Shown in pieces: positions 54,501-64,000 of a stretch of 64,000 bases of DNA; positions within the stretch are counted from its first letter, which is position 1; each line of letters begins with the position of its first letter. The stretch is from Bugula neritina. Lineage: Eukaryota > Animalia > Bryozoa. The notes beneath the pieces were generated by a model. That model had not been told where the DNA came from. It searched no databases and saw only the letters and a program-made list of their open reading frames with translations. The stretch spans positions 30,193,504 to 30,257,503 of the forward strand of contig OZ037765.1 in NCBI GenBank assembly GCA_964035545.1, read 5' to 3'. Both the position numbers and the translations under genes were made by a program.

Positions 54501-57500
54501 TAGTAATGAGACCTAACATTTAACAGCGTATTGTAAGTGCCAACCCCACTCCTAGCAACCCAAAATCTCTTAAAGCATACAATTGTATTCACCAATTTAG
54601 CAACTATCCTCCAAGATATTTGCAAGCCTCATTGCAAGTTGTAACTATATATGTATGCAGTAAAGTAAAGTAAAATCTCCTTGCTATCAGTTTCCATGGC
54701 GATGAACAATTACAATCTAATTTTATACAGATGTAATATGATAATATTGTTGAAACTCTGCCAAAGTTGAAATCTGGACAGATTATAATTATCTACTCTT
54801 ACAGGAATGAGGTCAGCAACAAAAGTATACCAGACCGGACAAATCTAAAGCTCCCTAATCTGCTATACAACTCTATTGTTTGAAAAAGAACAATCCATAA
54901 CCCAGAGAGCTTCTATAGAAACCTTGGAATGCACTCAACTATTCCGAGGTTAACCTTGACCAACATTTATTTTTTATGGAAAATTTTTCGTCATCTCATT
55001 TTGAGGCGTAGGCACTTTGTCAATCGTACCGAACATTTTTAAAGCAATTTGATAAAGTGAACGAATGATACATGTATATATGTAATAGTATTTACATAAT
55101 TTCACCAACATTAATTAATAGAGAAGTTGAATCCCTTCATAGAGAGGACAACTCTAAAACTTACTGTGTAGACACCAGACTGTGATCCCGTGGTGTGCTC
55201 TAATTCGTACTTCAGTACAATAGAGCTGTTGAGTAGCTGATTTGTTGAACCTTTAAAGTCCTGATATCGTAACTCCCACAGCTGAAAGTTAATAGTCTGA
55301 GGTCTGTTTACCCCGTAGGGATTGTCAATATAATATTGAAAGGCATGCAGGACCCCAGGACGCAGACGTATGCCCAGGTCTATGTATGACCTAGCTCTGT
55401 CTTTTGTCACTGTAGACTGTGATCTTACTGTTATGTTGTGACCAGCAAACAACGTCCCTATCGGCACTTCCCATTTCAAATCTGCAAAATAGGGTAAGAA
55501 ACATTGTAATGCATGTATACCAACTCTTTTACTTTTTAATAAACAGGATTAATAGCTGAGGTGATGTTCATGGTAAGTTATTAAATTCCTGAATTATAGT
55601 AATAAATTAATTAAGGTCTTTATTCTATACCTACAGTGGCAAATATGAATAATGTAACCGTAGTATCTAATAGCAGCTAGCCATTTTCAATCAATAAGAA
55701 CTAAATCAAAGGAAAGAAGTAAAATATTACACACATGCCTACAGTTTCTGATAACATATAAACAAAACTGTCATCTGTCAACATGTTTCAGTGCACAGCA
55801 TAAAAATACAGTAAAGAGAGATTCATTATTATTAGTTAGAGAAACTGACAAGTCAAATTACACCAGGTCTCAGTGGTATATACATAGTAAGCCTACAAGA
55901 TAACATTTTAAAACCACACACTAGTATAATACAAACATTATATGTGACCTTAATGCATTAGCTACGCTTCAGATATCCCTAATTAAATATCCATGCAACA
56001 GTAACTTAGGAAATAATCTATAATAATAATGATGAGCAGAATTATACTCAAAAATTAACTTTATCTTTTGATTCAAACCAATCCATGCTTTACCAGTTCT
56101 CACAGATCTAACAAAATAATTAATTCACATCTAATAGAGATTTGGCTACTTTCAGCTCTCACGTTTCAAACCGGCATTGAAGTACAATGTAATGTTTGAG
56201 AAATCTGGTTAAAATATTAAAAGTAGGCTCACTGTATTTTTATCATTTGAAATTTAAATAAACCACAACTGTTCTTTTTTACAAGCTGTGTTTACCCTTG
56301 ACTAAGTTCTGGTAAAGAAGATTAAGTAATCTATAGGAAAGAGTACATTGGTACCAATGCTGCCTCGTATATGTCAAAAAACTTTCGAAGAAAATATTAA
56401 TATAGGCCTACTATAATGAACACTTAGCTTCATCTAAAAGCTATTAAGCTGTAGACTTTTGCTAAATAATCTAGTTACTAGCCATGATGGTCTTTAAATG
56501 TCCCTTCTGGTGTTCTCTTATATATATAGCACATAATCTTTAATGCATGAACAAGATTGTTAATACTAACCACTTCTCAACTCAACTCTAATTCTACCAT
56601 CACAAAAAGTAAAAAAATTTCACAAAGCAAAATAAAATGTTGTGTCTCTCACTTTTCATTTAAAATCTGGTTATTTCAATATGCTGTATTTCTTGTGAGA
56701 AATAAAAGCGAATAGACATTTAGTGGTAGTTCCCATATAAAAGGTTGCTTTCTAATTATTAGGAAAAAAGTGAGCACCTATGATGAAACAACCCAGTCAA
56801 GTTTGCATTTAGGCACATAGAAAAGTGAAAAAGGAAGCAGAGTTGATGCTATCTGCGAAAGAAATTCAAAGGTAAGCTTAAGAACTGGTAATTTGCATCT
56901 GTAGATGCCGTCATAGATGTTGAGAAATAAAATTCATATCATCATAACAACTACTATTGTGCTCGTGGCAATTGTAATGCAATTTATAAAAAATAAAGTG
57001 ATATATTATGACTTCCAACAATCTAAGCACTTCCACATTATAAAAATAGTCAAACTACAAGGAAAAAGTTTGATAAAGGAATTTTAAACAAAAATGTAAT
57101 TTAAATGACTCATTAAAAAGATAAGAATATTGTAATGTATGTAAATTGGTTTTTTTCTTAACTTTAAATTATTCTCTTTAATTGTTTAATTGAAATAGTT
57201 GACAAAGTGTTAATTGCAGTTTCTATGACCAAAATAAAATAAAAGCAGCTGTAACATCTGGTAGTTTTTTAAATCCAGCGAAACGTACCAATTAGTGCCA
57301 ACATTTAGTAACTCAGGTGTAAACCTGGTCACAATTTTGGAAGCTGATGTGTAGACTGTGATTTATGAAGACAGGTAGGCTTGTGGCCAGTGAGCCGATA
57401 AATATTATTCAACTAATTTCAAAAGAAATATAACAAATATGATCAACTTTTCCTATTTTCCCTGGGAGCTAATATTTTCATAAGAGATAAGCCTATAGTA

Positions 57501-59341
57501 TTATACGTAAAAATGAGAGAGTTATGATGGACAACTGGTTTAGCTAAAGAATTATTGAGATTAACAGGCTGTTCAGAACTTCACTTTTATTAAACCTTCT
57601 CATCAGGTTGTTTGTTTGTTATATTCTTTTTTAAAAAGGGCAAGGCGGTATATAGATATAGTGAACTTAGAACACAGCAGAAGCAAAAGCAGAGCTTGAA
57701 AAATAGTGGAACAAGTTTTAAAAAGCTTGAAATCTGAAAAATTAGCCTATCTTATAACGGTCATATCTATTCCTTCAGAAGTTAGCAGTTTAATTATTAT
57801 GATCATACAGGTTATTTAGATTTTTAAGCAATGACATATGAAAACATGAAAATTGATAAACTTATAAATACATTTATAACCTCTAAGAAGGTTTAAATAA
57901 AATTTTTAATCATTTGATTTTCACTTGGTTTCTGTAGGTACTTCCTTTACCTGAAACAGCATGTCGTCTGCAGAACTTCTTGAAATTTTTACTCAAAAAG
58001 ACTTTGTAAATTTTTTACTACTTGACTAACTCACTAGTTGACTGTTGCATAGAAATGAACTTTTGCAGCTTAATTAAAGAACCTTCTAAGCTTACTGGCA
58101 AGTAAGGGAAAGACAAGACAACTCTAAAACTTATGTCCAACTGCATTTAGAGCTTCTACATCTCTTGCTTACATGAATAATAACTTTCAGCAATAAATAT
58201 AAGAGAAACCTGCTATAAAGTCACCCTAGACTTGGTTTCAGACGTCACTAAACATTTACAGAGGATTATATGGTGGATCCTCATCTAGGAAACTTACAAC
58301 ATTTACCTCAAGAGTGCAAGCACTGACACTAAGTAGTCTACTTACATCATCACAACGGTCAATCTGCTTACATATAAACACAAATATTGCTATATGGTCA
58401 AAAGAAAACATTTGAAGCTCTGGCTAAGCACATTTCTGTTAACTTTCAATAGATGGCAACTTCACTTTAAGCAAATTGATTACAAAATTGGAGTCATTAT
58501 ATTATTTAAAAAGAAACCTTTACACTTTTGTGGGCTAACTTTTTAAATTCCATTACAGTCAATTTACTTTGCAGTTATATTTGATGCATGTAGCTGCATA
58601 AATCTTTCATCGGTTTCTACTTGGTGTAGTTGCAGTACTGACTTAGTATAGATATATCTATGCCCTATGGTGACACATCAAACATATAACAGGCATATTG
58701 AAGCATTGCTCATATTGTCACTAAGTTTTATGGTTTTTGATTTTGACATTTATAATTAATTTCTGCCAAAATTAGACAGCTCTACTAAACAGCTTTCTAA
58801 AAAATTGGCAAAAAGTGTTATAAACGAAATAATAATTTAATCTACTAAAAAAAGCATTTTATATCTGACAGCATACATGCATAGGATTTAACATGCGTCA
58901 TCAATATATTATGCAAAACATTCTGCTTCGTCACGATAGTCACAGGCAGCATTTCTATGAGGTAATTTAGCAAGTTTTGTAGTGATGGGCTGTTGGGAGA
59001 TCCTACCAAACAAAGCACCTGCTCCCTCTGGTGATGTCACGCAGGGCATTAGTTCAAATTTCCATTTAAAAAACTTATAAGTCAATGTGGTCAAAATGTT
59101 TTGAGACGATTTCATATTTAGTTAAATATGAAAACTTTACCACCCGGGATCCCACACATCTAGGACTGTGAACACATTTGACAGCTATCAACAAAATTTA
59201 GACTACCATCTATTGTAAAACAAAGTAATTCAAATATAAACTTAAACAAAGCAAAATTAATATAAAGTTTTACTTACCCGGTTGAATAAGTGCAAGTGAA
59301 AGTGCAAGGAGAGTATATCCACAGAGTATTCTCTGCCACAT
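36502..59341 (-). CDS. Giant type-I transmembrane collagen-like protein with cbEGF repeats, ~3,524 aa, 14 coding exons
   Basis: Exons 59278-59341 (signal peptide [21 protein letters not shown]), 55165-55481 and 50809-51031 (N-domain), 49673-49900, 47456-49534, 46756-47268, 45613-46197, 44836-45204, 42728-44392, 39872-42379, 38574-39677 (Gly-X-Y plus first EGF), 37629-37991 and 36853-37260 (EGFs, D.DEC/NEC motifs), 36502-36650 ([27 protein letters not shown], then [18 protein letters not shown]). All GT-AG, sum 10,575 nt, open throughout. The 5'-most exon link is the least certain. Confidence 0.88.
44836..48120 (-). repeat. Four near-identical ~230-290-bp coding duplicates within the collagen gene
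   Basis: Module G(R)[37 protein letters not shown]...[14 protein letters not shown] at ~44836-45125, ~45613-45880, ~46790-47060 and ~47895-48120, with high nucleotide identity by eye. Confidence 0.9.
45397..45469 (+). pseudogene. tRNA-like pseudogene or SINE head (Cys GCA-like) in a collagen intron
   Basis: GTGGTGTAACGG A-box, GGTTTGAATCCC degenerate B-box, CTG-c-TTGCAAA-t-CAG anticodon arm; acceptor and T stems imperfect. Confidence 0.55.
51727..52192. mobile_element. PIF/Harbinger-like MITE, 466 bp, containing a (TGCAA)n microsatellite
   Basis: TIRs AGTTGCGTTTATACCT and AGGTATAAAGGCAACT (1 mismatch), flanked by TCA and TAA (TNA/TAA-type 3-bp target). (CAATG)n run at ~52093-52125. Confidence 0.78.
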
Positions 59342-62300
59342 GATGCTCTCTGTAGTTCTGTACTCCAGAACTGCCACCAGTTCCACCACGAGCCTATCAC
59401 CAACACACTAATGAGTATTCCACTCCTGACTCCTCTAGCATAGCAACCAGCCAAACCCATCCATCATTGAATCTCTGCCGTTACCTGTATAAACAGTATA
59501 GCTGGAGGTGGCCATACACCATCCAGCCAATCACCATCCTCATATATCACCAGCAAGCACATGTCAGTTGAATTCAAACTTCTACCTGATGCCAACTGCC
59601 AAAATTTATGATTTTATAATAAATGAAAAGTGAATAACATTAAGTCAGACATGGCAGGTTGAGGCAGATCTTGCATGTTAAAGGGCCAAATTTTATAACA
59701 GCTGAATTCAATGACAAAGTATGCCTGGCCAACTAGACACTTTACATATTGATGTACTTTAAATTCAAAATGATGTGGTCTAGGACATGAAAAACTTGAT
59801 TTTCCATGGCAATGCAGTGATAAAAAGGCAATTGTGTGAACCATCTTACCTGTAGAGCAAAACTTAGCGACTGGAGATAAATTAGAGAAAACTATAAGTA
59901 AGAACTACACCATCTTGCCTAGTTTAATGTCAAAAAACTAGCTTTCTGCAAATATTTTGTTTAATTGTTTAATAAATACTTTACTGAATGCATATAGCTG
60001 CTGCTTTAATGTTATAAATAGCCAATGAAGTAATTTGCAATCTGAAAAGTAGATTTCAATGTTAACAGCTCTTTTTTTGCTGGGCACTTTACAATCTATG
60101 TAGCATATAAAATGCAACTTAATTGTGATAGGTTAGGTGTTGTTGAAAAGTGCTTTTTAGATCCAGCATCTTCAATTCAAGAGTAATTCTTAATAGCTGA
60201 TGGATGAACTGTCAATCTGGTTCAGATGAATCATATCAATAAATTAGTATTTCTTCGGCAACAAGTGTGTAATAATTAAATTCTGATTTATAAGAGCACT
60301 TTTGTGTCAATATGAAAGCAAGTCTAAAGCCATTTAACTTGACAAAAACAGGCAAAAAGTGTTTTGTTTTTAGACAGAAAAAACCTTCAATAACTTGACA
60401 TTTTTTGCTAAACCATATGATTTTTTCAAACAACCAATAAACTAATAGATTGAGAATTAGAAGTATGCAGTGCAAAGAACACACATTAACCTAATCAGGA
60501 TCACACAGAAAAAGTATTACAAGTATATAAATATTAAATGTTCTGTGAAATTTTTGAGATGTTCAAACATTATGAACAAAGCAGTAATCGCAACAATAAA
60601 CTGCTGGTGTTATCTTCCCTTACTATGAAGGTTTCTTATTGACTTCAGGTATGCTTGTTAGCTTACTCATTTAGATTTTAATCAATTTGAACAACATTTT
60701 GGTTAAAGTAGTTATCGCAACTAGCAACTCAAATTAAACCACCAAAATAGTCAAGGGTTTGTGCGAAAAGGCAGATGCTATTTAAGGCTATTGGAATGTT
60801 TTCGTGAAAAACAAGATAGCTGAAACTGGTATCACAAAATCAATATTACTTTCGAACTACAGAGTTTTCAACACAGATGCTTTTGAAAATTTGTGTATTT
60901 AGTAAGGCTCAAGAAAGGTTCTGCACGTCTCTTGAATTACATTTACCAAGAATTTTGTAGAGAAGTTTCCTGTTTTTCTGCATAATATGTAGCTCTGGCT
61001 CAGCCAATCAGAGAACACCAATTTTAATAAAATATCTAATTGCTTAATCTTATTTGTTTAACACATCACTAGATTTCACAAAATGTCCCAATGTGAACAG
61101 GCCTTCAGAAAATAAGTTGTTCCACATCAAAATGTTAGCCTAAGTTTCAGTATTTACCTTTTAGTGCATAAATTATATGTCTCAGAGTAATAAAATATCT
61201 AATGATTATTATTTAGGGGCTCTAAATTTGCACAAAATATAACCTGAAAGGTAAAGAGGTAATTTACCTCCATAAATAACTTTCGAGGACTGATTTATTT
61301 ATAAGTTGACTGACTAACAGTGATTAGAGATGATTGAAAGGTGTTGGCAGACTGCAGAAGTGCTGGGCTCTCAGTTGGTACTGCATAGTTCTGAGTCTCC
61401 AGTTAATGAAAGATGATTTGTTGGTTTGGCTAATCCAGCAGTTGATACGTTGTGTCATTAAAAGATGATAATTCAAGTATTAAGCAAAACTGTTCTAAGA
61501 TGTGGTTGGTGAGAACAGTAAACTCTTAGTTCAATCATATTGGATTATCTGCAGCTTATAAGCTAATCTACCAAAAAGGTATTTTTATACGTTTCTATGT
61601 GTATTGTTTTGTAGCCGTTGGTGTCATTTTACACTCAGTAGAACAGCGCAACTATACTCTGCGATTTGGAGAAAAACTTCAATTGATCTGGATAAACTTT
61701 AACTCCCAGTAGCCATAAAGGTTAATGTTAAATTATGTTTTGTTATGCAACATTCAGCTACAGCATATGTGATGATGCAACTATACAAACCCGAATGCAA
61801 TGAGTTATTAGGAATTGTGAGCTCGTGAAGCTTATTCCAATATCCCTACTCTCATTATTAGCTAATTTCTTCATTCTTGAAAGTAAATTCGTTTCACTTT
61901 ACAGAAATGTGTTTGAACAGATTGCAGCTACCAACAACTTGTAGTAAATCCACTGAGAAGTCTCAGTATAAACAATATACCCTTAACTATCAATCTAAGT
62001 TAATGTGCTGTTCACAAAGAAAAGCTTACATGATTCCAACAAGCAATAAATGTTTAATAGTGTAAGAAAAGGCTAAACCTGTTTCGCATTGCTATTGAAC
62101 TTCATCAGCAACATAAATAAAAATAAACAGAAGGTAGAGCAAATGTAAATCAAGATGTTGCCAAGGAGACAAAACAATACCTGTCATCAAAATATGCCGA
62201 AAAAAGATATTGCATAATTGATAGTTGCACAGCACCTCCACTTATTTTGTTGTTAGAACATCAATGGAATGAATAAGGGAATAAAAAGCCACAGATAATA

Positions 62301-64000
62301 TACGTATATTTCATACGTTGCTTTTAAATAATCAAACATAAAATACAGAGGGAAAATACAAAAATAACCATATGCAGTCTAGGCTGTGTTTTAGTATTGC
62401 ATTAAAAATATCAATTTTTAATAAAATTTAAAAAGATCTGGAAGTTTCTATTGCTGCCTCATGGAGGAATTACATCACACTGCTGTCCTAAAGTGGCTTG
62501 TTTAATGAGCAGAGCTTCTCTTTCTTGTCTTGGCAGACTGTTCTTGTAATATAGGTTGTGACCTGGTGTGAAATATTACATAACACTGTTGTGAAGGATG
62601 ACATATGCTGCTAGCTTATGTACACATGTGTTGCAACAATGAAAGTATATTTGAAATAAAAAGTGTGCACAATATAAATTACTACAAATAAGTAATATAC
62701 ATGTAAGCATTTATTATATACAAGTAATAAAATTATATATCTAAGCGTTAATACCCACAACTAAAAGACGTGCAATGCTAACATCAATTTCTTACAGACA
62801 GGACAGTAGTTGTTGATTACGAAGAGATTTGCAGTCGTTGCATGAGCCATAAAAGGCCTTTAGGCTAAATAATTTGTATAGAGTATTGGAGGCAGAATAA
62901 GATTCATATAAAGCACTTGGCACACGTGTCAAACATCAAACAACATCTTTTGCCGATTTGTCTCACTCTGTCTTGGTACTCGGGCTAAAAGTTGCATAAA
63001 TTAAATTGCAAACTAATAACAAAGTACAACGACATTTTAAAATATTCAGGTATAAGGGAGTGGCTAAAAACAAAAATAAACTATTTGCATATTGTCACAC
63101 ACTAGCATAATGCTAAAATTAGAAATTTAGTAATAATTTACAAATAAATCGACTGGTCACTTCATACAACATATCAAATGTGAAAAACTCTCTTACTGCA
63201 TGCAAATAAAGGAATAGCACTCTTATAAAATTGATTTCATTTTGACAACTGCTCGAGACACAATTTGTTCAAGTAAACAGGCCTGATAAGTACTCCATAA
63301 ATCACAAGAGAGATGGTATCAATAATAATCAAAGTAGATGATGCATGTCATATGAAACAAAGAGTAATAACATAAGTACAGTATACCCTGTAGAATAACC
63401 CACACTATACATTAAGTTAGTCTAGATGAGTTAGAAACATTTTTGCCTTTTTGAAGACAAAGAATTCATGTTTTACATTATAAAGCATTAAATTGTATTT
63501 CAAAAGTTATTAAAGACTGAAATGTTAAACCATAAGTAAGTACTTAGGTACTAATAATTTAGAATTAACTCAACATAACATTTAGGTAATATCAACAGAT
63601 ATCTTTGAACCTGTATACATTTAGTAATTACATAACTATCATCTCAGTTTTACTGAAGTATAACTAACTAAACCCCAATCTTAGATCATCTCAACTGAAT
63701 ACTTTTTTGAAACTATTCTACTTTTTTGGAATTGTCATTTGGCATGAATATTAAAGTTTTAAAAATATAGTTGAGACTGAAGTAAAGAGGTTAATACTGC
63801 CTAAAAGATACAATTGATTACTACTTATATTCTATATTGTCTTTAATATGTGTCAGCAGCAGGTATAAGATTATGGTAAACATAATAATTTTCAGATAAT
63901 AGATATTGGGACTGCATTATAGTTTTTATAACTGCTATAGCAAACTGTTATAATTAATGGTCTCTTTTGCTCCTAGGAGTTGTGCACACTGTGAACTACA

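Noticed and set aside
59614-59844. ATG-initiated ORF as alternative collagen first exon
   Set aside because: No convincing signal peptide. The exon at 59278-59341 gives a good signal peptide and the required phase-1 donor.
60000-64000. Search for a further gene upstream of the collagen
   Set aside because: Only short ORFs without recognisable domains or a phase-consistent exon chain; treated as intergenic or 5'-UTR intron sequence.

Overview
AT-rich, intron-containing eukaryotic (invertebrate-like metazoan) genomic DNA; no prokaryotic features. Four multi-exon protein-coding genes can be assembled by hand with GT-AG, phase-consistent exons. (1) A NET1/ARHGEF3-type DH-PH RhoGEF (minus, 983-13423) with three candidate alternative N-termini. 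(2) LRRC47 (plus, 16634-19911), divergent from the RhoGEF. (3) An OATP/SLCO organic anion transporter (minus, 21527-30714). (4) The standout: a ~3,520-aa type-I single-pass membrane collagen (minus, 36502-59341). Its order is signal peptide, ~185-aa Cys-free N-terminal domain, ~2,970-residue Gly-X-Y region (about three times a fibrillar helix), cbEGF cluster with nested Cys inserts, TM helix and short cytoplasmic tail, with no COLFI/NC1 domain. Its central exons are phase-1/1, exact multiples of 9 nt and partly recent duplicates. Also present are three TIR-bounded MITEs, two tRNA-derived elements and several micro/minisatellites. All exon coordinates are manual predictions without transcript evidence.
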